64,000 bases of DNA from Armatimonadota bacterium. GTDB taxonomy: Bacteria; Armatimonadota; SYMT01. Under the pieces are notes generated by a model. That model was not told the origin of the DNA, did not search any database, and saw nothing but the letters and a program-made list of their open reading frames with translations. Position numbers and translations under genes: made by a program. This document shows, piece after piece, positions 19,655 through 28,913 of the stretch. The number at the start of each line of letters is the position of its first letter. Positions within the stretch are counted from its first letter, which is position 1. The stretch covers positions 1-64,000 of the forward strand of contig JBKBRF010000020.1 of the NCBI GenBank assembly GCA_046292385.1, read 5' to 3'.

Positions 19655-22011
19655 CGGGCCGTCTCCTTCTGGCTCTCGTAGTAGACCCAGAACGAGGACG
19701 AGCGGAAGACGAGCGCCGTGAAGGCGAGGATGATCACGAAGAGGACCCAGGCGAGCGCGGAGCCGTAGCCGACTTGGAACTGCTCGAATGCCTTGCGGTA
19801 GAGGTAGAAGCTGTAGAAGAGCGCCGAGTCTTCCGGTCCGGAGCCGCCGCCGAAGAGCACGAAGGCGGAGGTGAAGACCTGGAAGGCGCCGATGATCCCC
19901 ATCACCAGATTGAAGAAGAGCACCGGGGAGAGCATCGGCAGGGTGACGGCGCGGAACTGCGCGATCGGCCCGGCGCCGTCGATGCGGGCCGCCTCGTAGA
20001 GCTGCACCGGCACGTTCTGCAGGCCCGCCAGGTAGATCAGCATCCCGCCGCCCACGCCCCAGAGTGCCATCAGCACCATCGCGGGGATCGTCCACTGGGG
20101 GTCGCCCAGCCAGTCCGGCATCTGCCGCATCGGGACCGTCCCGAAGCCGCCGGCCACGTAGTTCAGCACGCCGTCCTGTCCCAGCAGCCAGCGGAAGAGC
20201 ACGGCGGAGGCGACCGCCGGCATCACCGCCGGGAGGTAGTAGAGCGTGCGGAAGCCGTTGATGCCGCGCAGCTTGCTGTTCATCAGCAGCGCCAGGAGCA
20301 GGCCGGCGACCAGCCCGCTCGGGACCATCAACACCGTGTAGTAGAAGGTGGTCTGGAGCGCCTTCAGGAAGAGCTCGTCCTGGCCGGTGAGCAGGGTGGA
20401 GTAGTGGTCGAAGCCGACCCACCGCGCGGTGGAAGGCGGCGCCAGGCTGCTCCACCGGGTGAAGCTGAGGAAGATGGAGAAGAGGATCGGGCCCAGGCCG
20501 AGCAGCAGGAAGCCGATCAGCCACGGGGAGATGGCGAGGTAGCCCCACACCTGCTCCGCCCGCATCAGCCGGGAGCGGCGGGCGGCACGGACCACCGAGA
20601 CGACCCACCAGGCGCCGAGCAGCCCCAGAACCCCGGCGGTGCTCCCGATCGCGAGGCTCCAGTTCATCGGCACGCCCTGGTAGGTCGCGCGGTCTTCCGC
20701 CAGGATCGTCTCCGCCTTCGCGTCGATCTCTTGGCAGACGCTCTCCGCCGTCTCTCCCGCCTTTGGGCGCCCGAAGAGGAAGCTCCCGAGCTTCGCGTTC
20801 AGCGCGTCGTCGTTGACGTCTTTCCAGCGGTCGCCGGACCAGGGCGGCACCACGCCCCACGGGCGGCGGCCGTCCCGGTCGTCCATCATCGCCACGAGCG
20901 CGTACTTGTTCTCCGGGAGGCCGGGCGCGTTCAGGAAGCGATCGGAGAGCGCCACGCTGCGGCGGGAGGGCACGAACAGGCCGGACTCGGCGAGGATCTG
21001 CTGCCCCTCTTCGCTGCCGAGGAACCTCACCAGCTCCCACGCCTCGCGCGGGTGCTTGCTCTGGGTGGTGACGCCGAACGCCAGGGGGGCGACCATGGTC
21101 CCCTTGCCGCTGGGGCCCGCCGGGACGTTGGCGAGGTCCCAGTCGACCTTCTCGAACGTGCGGTACGTGGGGATGTAGAAGGAGCCGGTCGGGCCGTGCA
21201 TCGCCATCCGGCCCGCCTCGAAGAGGCCCATGCCGACCTGCTTCGGCTTGTTCGTCTCCGTCGGCATCACCCGGTCGCGGCGGGTGAGTGTCTCCAGGAA
21301 GGCAACTGCCTCCACTACTTTCGGATCGTCGAACGTCGCCTGCGTGCCGTCCTCGTTCAGCACCCGGCCGCCGTTCTGGTAGATCCAGGAGTAGTAGCCC
21401 TCCTGCCACTGCGCGAAGGAGGCGCCGAACTCGTCGGTGACGCCGTCGCCGTCGGTGTCGTGGGTCAGCGCCTTCGCCGCACGGCGGTAGTCGTCCCAGG
21501 TCCAGCCGTCGCGCGGGTAAGGGACCCCGTACTTGTCGAACAGGTTCTTGTTGTAGAAGAGGACGAACGGGACGTAGCCCCACGGCAGCCCGTAGACCCG
21601 CTCACCCTGGCGGAACGGCCCCGTCGCGACCGGGAAGTAGCTGGAGAGATCGGCACGGTCCGCGTCGCTCATCAGCGGCGCGAGATCCCGCAGCACCCCG
21701 GCGCGCACGAAGTAGTGGGAGCGGTCGAGCCCGTACTCCAGGATGTCCGGCGCGTCGCCGCCGGCGATCATCGTCTCGACCTTCCGCCCCTCGTTCTGCT
21801 TGATGAACTGGATCCGGATGCCGGGGTGCTTCGCCTCGAAGGCGTCGCGGGCGGCGCGCGCGAAGACCTGGTCTCGCTCCTGGGAGTTGACCACCCAACG
21901 CAGCACCACGCCGTCGCCCCGCTGCTCCGGAGAGCGCTCCAGGACGACCCACAGGGCCGTCAGGGCGAGGAAGAGGACGGGCAGCCAGGCGGCGCGGAGG
22001 AAGGACAACAT
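19651..22011 (-). CDS. Fused sugar solute-binding protein plus MalF-like permease
   Basis: SBP family 1 motifs (AGGDAPDI, VLFYNKNLFD, HPREAWELVRFL), then permease (GFRTLYYLP, LYEAARIDGA, GYGSALAW). Confidence 0.9.
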   Translation of the reverse strand: MLSFLRAAWLPVLFLALTALWVVLERSPEQRGDGVVLRWVVNSQERDQVFARAARDAFEAKHPGIRIQFIKQNEGRKVETMIAGGDAPDILEYGLDRSHYFVRAGVLRDLAPLMSDADRADLSSYFPVATGPFRQGERVYGLPWGYVPFVLFYNKNLFDKYGVPYPRDGWTWDDYRRAAKALTHDTDGDGVTDEFGASFAQWQEGYYSWIYQNGGRVLNEDGTQATFDDPKVVEAVAFLETLTRRDRVMPTETNKPKQVGMGLFEAGRMAMHGPTGSFYIPTYRTFEKVDWDLANVPAGPSGKGTMVAPLAFGVTTQSKHPREAWELVRFLGSEEGQQILAESGLFVPSRRSVALSDRFLNAPGLPENKYALVAMMDDRDGRRPWGVVPPWSGDRWKDVNDDALNAKLGSFLFGRPKAGETAESVCQEIDAKAETILAEDRATYQGVPMNWSLAIGSTAGVLGLLGAWWVVSVVRAARRSRLMRAEQVWGYLAISPWLIGFLLLGLGPILFSIFLSFTRWSSLAPPSTARWVGFDHYSTLLTGQDELFLKALQTTFYYTVLMVPSGLVAGLLLALLMNSKLRGINGFRTLYYLPAVMPAVASAVLFRWLLGQDGVLNYVAGGFGTVPMRQMPDWLGDPQWTIPAMVLMALWGVGGGMLIYLAGLQNVPVQLYEAARIDGAGPIAQFRAVTLPMLSPVLFFNLVMGIIGAFQVFTSAFVLFGGGSGPEDSALFYSFYLYRKAFEQFQVGYGSALAWVLFVIILAFTALVFRSSSFWVYYESQKETAR

Positions 22012-22101
22012 CAGGAAACCGTACGAACTGAGGCGGTACGTCACTAACGTTATCAGGATACGAAAAGCGGCGCCGGACCATCGCCGGCCGGGAGGTGGAA
22101 G

Positions 22102-22971
22102 ATGCGGCTGCCCGGACTCGCTCGGAACGGCGCGGTTGGAGGAGGCACGCTCCGCCTCGCCGGGCTGCTCGCGCTGTTGCTCTCGATCCTCGCGCTCGTT
22201 AGCGCAACTGCGTCCCACGCACAGGACGCCGCCGCGGGCTCCCGCCGGGCCGAGCCGCGGATGCAGCTACTGGTGCCGGCCTACTTCTATCCCGCGGGTA
22301 AGGGGCTGGAGGACTGGAACCGGCTGATCGAGGCCGCCAAACGGGTGCCGGTCACCGCGATCGTCAATCCTGCCACCGGGCCTGGCGAGAAGACCGACCC
22401 GACCTACACGGCCGTACTCGACCGTGCGGAAAGGGGCGGCGTCCGGCTGATCGGATATGTCAGCACCTCCTACGCCCGGGTCCCCACCGACCAGGCCCGC
22501 AAGGACATCGACGTCTGGACGCGGCTCTATCCCCAGGTCCGGGGGGTCTTCATGGACGAGCAGGTGAGCGCCGCCGACCGGATCGATTACTACCGGGAGC
22601 TGTACTCCCACGTCCGCCGGCGATATCCGGAGGGGCGCAGCTTCAGCAACCCGGGAACGCTCTGCGATCCCGGCTACCTCACCCGGCCCGCCACCGACGT
22701 CGCGTGCCTCTTCGAGAACCGGACCGGCTTCGACGCCTTGCAGCTGCCCAACTGGGCTCGCGCGATCGGGCGGACGCGGATCGCCGCCCTGGCCTACCAG
22801 GTCCCGGACGCGGCACAGATGACGCGCTACTTCGCCAAGGCATCGAAAGAGGGGATCGGCCACTTCTACGTCACCGACGCGGCGGGCGTGAACCCCTGGG
22901 ACCGGCTCCCCTCCTACTGGAACGAGGAAGTCGCGCTGGTCGAGCGGACGAACCGGGCGGCCGGGCGCTGA
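22102..22971 (+). CDS. Spherulin-4 family (GH135-like) secreted glycoside hydrolase
   Basis: PAYFYP, IVNPATGPG, IGYVSTSY, GVFMDE, NPGT, PWDRLPSYW; signal peptide. Confidence 0.85.
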   Translation: MRLPGLARNGAVGGGTLRLAGLLALLLSILALVSATASHAQDAAAGSRRAEPRMQLLVPAYFYPAGKGLEDWNRLIEAAKRVPVTAIVNPATGPGEKTDPTYTAVLDRAERGGVRLIGYVSTSYARVPTDQARKDIDVWTRLYPQVRGVFMDEQVSAADRIDYYRELYSHVRRRYPEGRSFSNPGTLCDPGYLTRPATDVACLFENRTGFDALQLPNWARAIGRTRIAALAYQVPDAAQMTRYFAKASKEGIGHFYVTDAAGVNPWDRLPSYWNEEVALVERTNRAAGR

Positions 22972-23125
22972 GGCGGGTAGGGCGCCCGGAAACCCAACAA
23001 CAGGCCAACCGGGTTGCTGCCGGAACAGCGGTAACACGGCGGCGCTGCGGTCGACCTAACCTCGTGTCACCCGCCTCCCGGGAAGTGGAAGCGGGTCCCC
23101 GCCGCTTTCTGGAGGAGCTGGAAGG

Positions 23126-24616
23126 ATGAGGACGTTGACCTGGCTGCTTGCGCTCGGGCTGCTCGCCCAGCTTCCCTCCGTCGCCGGCGGGCAAACCGAC
23201 CGCCGCACGGCCCGCCAGTGGGAGCCGGTGGAGTGGCGGTTCCTGAATGCCTCGCGCGAGGGCAATCCGTTCGACCTCGTCGCGGAGGCCGAATTCCGGC
23301 ACGAGGGCGGCCGGCACCGGATCTCGACCGAGCTCTTCTACGCGGGCGGAGACGCGTGGGTGCTGCGCTTCACCGGAACGGAGCCGGGGAAGTGGTCGTT
23401 CACCACCCGCAGCAGCGATCCGGATCTGGATGGAAAGCGCGGCGAGGTGCGGGTCGAGCGCAATCCCGGCGCGGCGGGGTTCGTGACCGCCTTCGGCAAC
23501 AAGTGGGGGCGTACCGGCACCGGGGAAGCTTTCGTCCCGCAGATCGTCAGCTACGCAGCGCCGGTCGACTACTACCAGAAGCCCGAGAAGGTCGAGAAAG
23601 ACCTGGAGACCTGGTTCGAGGGGCACGGCTTCAACGGGCTGCACACCTTCGTCGGGATGGCGTGGTTCGACCTCCACAAAGGGGGGAGCGGCTACGACGA
23701 CCTCCCCGCGGACCCGAACCCCGATCCGCGCACCTTCGAGGCGCTCGAGCTGCTCATCACTCGCGCCCAGCGGGCCGGCGGGATGGTCCACCTCTGGGCC
23801 TGGGGCGACGAGCAGCGAGAGATGACGCCGGTCCGCTGGGGGATCAACGGCAAGGTGGACCGGCGGCTGCAGCGCTATCTTTGCGCGCGGCTCGGTCCGC
23901 TGCCGGGCTGGTCGATGGGATACGGCTTCGACCTGCAAGAGTGGGTGAAGCGTGAGGAGCTGCGGGAGTGGCACCGGCACATGCACGAGAAGCTGGGCTG
24001 GCCCCACCTGCTCGGCGCGCGCGCTCCCGACATGGAGCAGATCTACGACGGGCTCGACTACTCCTCGTACCAGCAGTGGCGTCCCACGTACGACACCTAC
24101 GTCGAGGCGCTGGAGAAGCGATCCCCCGGTAAGCCGGTCTTCATGGAAGACCGCTTCCGCGTCCGGGTGAACGTCTACCCGGAGAAGGACTACGACCTCG
24201 ACATGACGCGCCGCGGGATGTGGCACTCCACCATGGCCGGCGGAGCCGCCAACATCTGGGCCTATCTGATCAACGCGCCGAAGGACGGCAGCTCGGGCCT
24301 CTATCCGAACCGCGAGCAGCTCCTCACCTACTCCCGCTTCTGGAAGGACCGGTTCCTCAAGGAGATGGCTCGCGACAACGCGCGCACCGATGGCTTCTGC
24401 CTGGATGCCCCCGGCAAGCTGAGGGTGTTCTACAAGGAAGACGCGGAGGCGGTTCGCATGGATCTCTCCGGGATCAAGTCCCCGTTCCGGGCGGTAGCGG
24501 TCGACACCCGCGCCCCGTACCGGGAGATCCCGCTCTCCGATTTCAAGGCCGCCGCCGGCCAGCAGTTCCGGGCTCCGCACCGCTCCGACTGGGCGATCGC
24601 GGTGAGCCGCCGGTGA
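23126..24616 (+). CDS. Secreted DUF5060 plus putative glycoside hydrolase (apiosidase-like architecture)
   Basis: QWEPVE...GNPFD...FY.GG..W..RF...EPGKWSFTT.S N-domain; C-terminal APHRSDWA; signal peptide. Confidence 0.7.
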   Translation: MRTLTWLLALGLLAQLPSVAGGQTDRRTARQWEPVEWRFLNASREGNPFDLVAEAEFRHEGGRHRISTELFYAGGDAWVLRFTGTEPGKWSFTTRSSDPDLDGKRGEVRVERNPGAAGFVTAFGNKWGRTGTGEAFVPQIVSYAAPVDYYQKPEKVEKDLETWFEGHGFNGLHTFVGMAWFDLHKGGSGYDDLPADPNPDPRTFEALELLITRAQRAGGMVHLWAWGDEQREMTPVRWGINGKVDRRLQRYLCARLGPLPGWSMGYGFDLQEWVKREELREWHRHMHEKLGWPHLLGARAPDMEQIYDGLDYSSYQQWRPTYDTYVEALEKRSPGKPVFMEDRFRVRVNVYPEKDYDLDMTRRGMWHSTMAGGAANIWAYLINAPKDGSSGLYPNREQLLTYSRFWKDRFLKEMARDNARTDGFCLDAPGKLRVFYKEDAEAVRMDLSGIKSPFRAVAVDTRAPYREIPLSDFKAAAGQQFRAPHRSDWAIAVSRR

Positions 24617-24754
24617 TACCGGAGTGCGGCTCTAGAAGCTTCCAATCCCAGGTCAACACCGGTCGAGGTGAAAGAGCGAAACCGCTCTCCTTGAGCGCGG
24701 ACATAACTTCTATCCCCCTGGTAGTGACGTAACCCCGGACCGGAGAGCGCAGGC

Positions 24755-27382
24755 ATGAGTTTTCGATCCCATAGGCCGCCGCCGCCTCGTCTCGGCTCGA
24801 TCCGGATCGGGGTGGCGGTGTCGATCTTCTGCCTGGCGCCGCTCTTCGCCGGAATTGCCCTCAGCGCGACCCAGGCGGCTCCCGGCAGCGCCGCCGCGGC
24901 GTTCGAGGACCAGGTCGCGCCGCTGCTCTCGCGCCACTGCCTGGCGTGCCACAACTCCGACGCGAAACAGGGCGGACTCGATCTCTCGCGCAAGGCCGCC
25001 GCGCTCGCCGGGGGGAAGAGCGGGAAGGCGCTGGTCCCCGGCAAGCCGGCGGAGAGCCTGGCGTGGAAGCACGTGGAGTCGGGCACCATGCCGCCGAAGG
25101 ACCGCCCCCGCCTCTCCGAGACGGAGAAGCGGGCGCTGCGGGCCTGGATCGAGGGAGGCGCGGTCTGGTCGGCGGAGACGATCGACCCGACGGCGCACCT
25201 GCGCGACCGCGCGGTCGCCTCCAACTGGATCCGCCGCCTCACGGTGCCGGAGTACGTGGAGACGGTGCGGAGCGCGGTCGGGATCGACATTGCAGAGGAC
25301 GCGCAGCGCCTGCTGCCGCGCGACCTCCGGGCCGACGGCTTCAGCAACACCGCCTACAGCCTGGCGGTGGACCTGGGGCACGTGGAGGCGTACTCGCGCC
25401 TGGCCCAGATCATCGCGGCGCGAGTCGACGCCGGCGCGTTTGCGGCGCGGTACTCGCCGAGCAAGGAGCTCAGCGACGCCAACATGCGCCGGGTGATCTC
25501 CGGCATGGGCAAGTGGCTGCTGCGGGGGCCCCTCGACGAGCGAGAGCTGAGCGGCTTCCTCCGGGTTTCCACCGCGGTAGCGGAAGAGGGCGGGACCTTC
25601 CCGGATGCGGTCCGCTACGTCCTGGAGGCGATGCTGCAGTCGCCGCGCTTCATCTACCGGGTGGAGCGGCAGGACGGCGACGGCAAGCCCCGGGCTGCCG
25701 GCCCGTACGAGCTCGCCTCCCGCCTGAGCTACGCGCTCTGGGGCGCGCCGCCGGATCAGGAGCTGATGCGCGCCGCAGACGCCGGCGAGCTCTCGAACCG
25801 GGCGAAGGTGGCGGCGCAGGTGCGGCGGATGCTGCAGGACCCGCGGACCGTCACCCGCTCCTCGCGCTTCATCCAGGAGTGGCTCGACCTGGACCGGCTG
25901 GGCAGCCTGCGGCCGAACGCGCAGCGGTTCCCCACGTGGGACGCTTCCCTGGCGGCCGACATGCGGCAGGAGACGCTGGCTTACTTCGACGAGGTGGTCT
26001 GGAAGCAGAAGCGTCCGCTTTCGGCGTTGTTGAACACCCAGGTCGCCTTCCTGACGCCGCGCCTCGCCGCGCACTACGGTCTCCCGCCGAGCTTCCCCGA
26101 GGCCGCGAAGGAGGGGCTGCAGGCGCTCTATACCTTCGAAGAGGGGAGCGGGAACACGATCCGCGATCGCTCCGGCGCGGGCGAGCCGCTCGACCTCACG
26201 ATCGAAGACCCGGCGGCGGTGAAGTGGCAGCAGGGGCAGCTCTCCATTCAGAAGTCGACCCTGATCGCCACCGCGGCCCCGCCGAAGCGGCTGATCGACG
26301 CCGTCAAGAAGTCGAAGGCGATCACCCTGGAAGCCTGGATCACGCCCGGAGGGGCGAGCCAGAGCGGCCCCGCCCGCATCCTCACCCTCTCTTCCGGCCC
26401 CAGCGAGCGGAACTTCACCCTCGGCCAGGAGGGAGACCGCTTCGACGTCCGGCTGCGCCGCCAGGGATCCGATGCGAACGGACTTCCGTCGCTCGGGAGC
26501 TCCCCCGGCCAGGCCGGAACGCGGATCACGCACGTGGTCTACACCCGCACCGCATCCGGTGAGGCGACGCTCTTCGTCAACGGCGAGGAGCGGGGGACGC
26601 TGAGCCAGGCGGGTGAGCTCTCGAGCTGGAGCGACAACTTCCGCCTGGCGCTCGGCAACGAGACTTCGAAGGACCGTCCCTGGCAGGGCACCTTTCACCG
26701 GGTGGCAATCTACAGCCGGCCGCTCTCGCACGGGGAGATCCAGGCGAATGCCCGCGCCGTGACCCGCTACGACCTGGCGAAGGTGCCGGGCCGCGGCGGG
26801 CTGCTGACGCAGGGCAGCCTGCTGACGGTCGGCGGTGACGGGGCGTCGATGGTCGCCCGCGGTCTCTTCGTGCTGCGCGACCTGCTCCACAGCGAGGTCG
26901 GCAGCGCGCCGCCGGGAGTCGATACCACGCCCGTCCCCCCGAAGCCGGGATTGTCGCGCCGCGGGGCCGCGGAGGCGCGGCTGGCGAACCCCGCCTGCGG
27001 GGGGTGCCACCTCCGCTTCGAGCCGCTCGCCTTCAGCCTGGAGAAGTTCGACGGGGTGGGGGCCTACCACGAGACCGACGAGCACGGCAACAAGCTCCGG
27101 GAAGACGGCAGCATCCTCTTCCCCGGCGCGAGCAAGCCGGTGCCCTATAAGACGAGCGCGGAGTTCATGGACCTTCTCGCGGGCAGCGACCGCGTCCGGA
27201 AGACCCTGACGCGCAAGCTGACGCAGTACGTGCTCGGCCGCCCGCTGGTGCAGGCGGACGCGCCGATCGTAGAAAAGGTCCACCAGGAAGCCCAGAAGGG
27301 CGGCGGCACCTACCCGAGCCTGATCACCGCGATCGTGATGAGCGACCTGGTGCTGATGACGCGAACGGAGGCAGCGCGATGA
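24755..27382 (+). CDS. Planctomycete-type cytochrome c / DUF1592-DUF1588-DUF1585 protein with a LamG/ConA-like insertion
   Basis: HCLACH...MPP; RRLT..EY; LQSPRFIYR; YELASRLSYALW..PPD; ITLEAWI...THVVYT...LFVNG; RGGLLTQ; CGGCH. Confidence 0.85.
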   Translation: MSFRSHRPPPPRLGSIRIGVAVSIFCLAPLFAGIALSATQAAPGSAAAAFEDQVAPLLSRHCLACHNSDAKQGGLDLSRKAAALAGGKSGKALVPGKPAESLAWKHVESGTMPPKDRPRLSETEKRALRAWIEGGAVWSAETIDPTAHLRDRAVASNWIRRLTVPEYVETVRSAVGIDIAEDAQRLLPRDLRADGFSNTAYSLAVDLGHVEAYSRLAQIIAARVDAGAFAARYSPSKELSDANMRRVISGMGKWLLRGPLDERELSGFLRVSTAVAEEGGTFPDAVRYVLEAMLQSPRFIYRVERQDGDGKPRAAGPYELASRLSYALWGAPPDQELMRAADAGELSNRAKVAAQVRRMLQDPRTVTRSSRFIQEWLDLDRLGSLRPNAQRFPTWDASLAADMRQETLAYFDEVVWKQKRPLSALLNTQVAFLTPRLAAHYGLPPSFPEAAKEGLQALYTFEEGSGNTIRDRSGAGEPLDLTIEDPAAVKWQQGQLSIQKSTLIATAAPPKRLIDAVKKSKAITLEAWITPGGASQSGPARILTLSSGPSERNFTLGQEGDRFDVRLRRQGSDANGLPSLGSSPGQAGTRITHVVYTRTASGEATLFVNGEERGTLSQAGELSSWSDNFRLALGNETSKDRPWQGTFHRVAIYSRPLSHGEIQANARAVTRYDLAKVPGRGGLLTQGSLLTVGGDGASMVARGLFVLRDLLHSEVGSAPPGVDTTPVPPKPGLSRRGAAEARLANPACGGCHLRFEPLAFSLEKFDGVGAYHETDEHGNKLREDGSILFPGASKPVPYKTSAEFMDLLAGSDRVRKTLTRKLTQYVLGRPLVQADAPIVEKVHQEAQKGGGTYPSLITAIVMSDLVLMTRTEAAR

Positions 27383-28803
27383 CGCAGAGACGGATCAGCC
27401 GGCGGACGATGCTCAAGGGCGTGGGCACGGTGGCGATCGGGCTGCCGCTGCTGGAGGAGATGCTCGTCTCCAGCGCGCTCGCCGCCCCGGCCGGGCAGGT
27501 GCCGGTCCGCGCGTTCAACGTCTTCTTCGGCCTCGGCATTCCCGCGCCGCTCCACGCGGAGGGTTTCGCCGGGGTATTCGAGCCGCTCAAGCCGCTCGCC
27601 GCCAAGCTGTTGATCATGCGGAACGTCGACCACGTCCGCTGCGACGAGCCCGGCATCAACGCGCACTACGACGGCGCCGCCGCCGCCTTCGTCGCGATGC
27701 CGCCGAACGGCACGGCGCGGGCCGGCGGCGCGTCGCTCGACCAGGTGATCCGTGCCGCTCACTATCCGAAGGGACTGCCGACCGGCATGATCCCCTCGCT
27801 CGTGGCGGGCACCTATTTCCGCCGGAATGACCGCGTCGTACGGTACGTCCACAGCTTCACTGAAGAGGGAACCCCCGCCGGCTCGATGCAGGAAAGCCCG
27901 CGCCAGCTCTTCGAGCGGCTCTTCGGCTCCGTTCCCGCGGCGGCCGCCGACCCGAAGAGCCAGCGGCTGAAGAAGAGCATCCTCGACTCGGTGGCGGACC
28001 AGTACCAGTTCTACACCGGGCCGCGGTCGCCGCTCGGAGCCGCCTCCAAGGCGCGCGTGGCGGAGCACCTGGAGCGGATCCGGGAGTTCGAGCAGCGGGC
28101 GTTCGACCTGGAGCAGCGGAAGGTGAAGCGGCCCTCGCCGCCGCCCGAGTCGAAGCTGATCCACGGCACGGAGGCCGACCCCGGCGGCGAGGGGATCGAC
28201 ATCGCGCTGGCCGACCTGGTCGAGGAGTGGCGCCTGCAGGCCGACCTCTACGCGCTCGGCATCCAGTGCGACCGAGCCCGCTTCGGCTCGATCACCTTCC
28301 TGGCGGCCGGGGAGCGGATCCGACTGAAGGGAAAGTACGAGTACGGCGGCCGGACCGTCTTCGAGTTCGACGACGGCGGCCAGCGCCGCACCGCCGGCGC
28401 CCTCGGCTGCAGCCACGAGTGGTGGCACGACTTTGACGAGTCGAAGAAGAACGAGCAGCTTCGCGCCCACGCGCACCTGAAGCTGCGGGAGATCGCCTAC
28501 TTCCTCCAGCGGCTCGACGGACCCGACTCGGTGGAGGCGAACGGCAAGACGATCCTGGAGAACTCGCTCTTCACCATCTCCACCGAGTCGGGCGATGGCC
28601 GTCACAACGACGTGAAGCGAGAGCTTTCCGGCATCTTCCACGCGATCACCGGCGCCAACGGCCGCTTCAAGACGGGGCAGATCATGGAGGTCGGCGCCGA
28701 GGGGATCGACGTCTACAACACGCTCATCGCGGGAATGGGCGCCTCGGGACGGCTCGGGCCCAAGGACCGGCAGCCGAGCGCCGTCGACCGCATCCGCGCG
28801 TGA
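27379..28803 (+). CDS. DUF1552-family Tat-exported protein
   Basis: ISRRTMLKGVG..IGLPLLE, SLDQVI, SPRQLFERLFG, KSILD, HLERIREFE, GKTILENS; ATGA overlap with its partner. Confidence 0.88.
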   Translation: MTQRRISRRTMLKGVGTVAIGLPLLEEMLVSSALAAPAGQVPVRAFNVFFGLGIPAPLHAEGFAGVFEPLKPLAAKLLIMRNVDHVRCDEPGINAHYDGAAAAFVAMPPNGTARAGGASLDQVIRAAHYPKGLPTGMIPSLVAGTYFRRNDRVVRYVHSFTEEGTPAGSMQESPRQLFERLFGSVPAAAADPKSQRLKKSILDSVADQYQFYTGPRSPLGAASKARVAEHLERIREFEQRAFDLEQRKVKRPSPPPESKLIHGTEADPGGEGIDIALADLVEEWRLQADLYALGIQCDRARFGSITFLAAGERIRLKGKYEYGGRTVFEFDDGGQRRTAGALGCSHEWWHDFDESKKNEQLRAHAHLKLREIAYFLQRLDGPDSVEANGKTILENSLFTISTESGDGRHNDVKRELSGIFHAITGANGRFKTGQIMEVGAEGIDVYNTLIAGMGASGRLGPKDRQPSAVDRIRA

Positions 28804-28913
28804 GCTGACATGTCGATGCAGTACGAGCCGCGCGGACAAGGCAGCCGGCGGGCGGTCCACCCTCGAGCGCCAGGCTGCCCGGGCACAGCGGCTTGCTCGC
28901 CGGGAGATCGACC

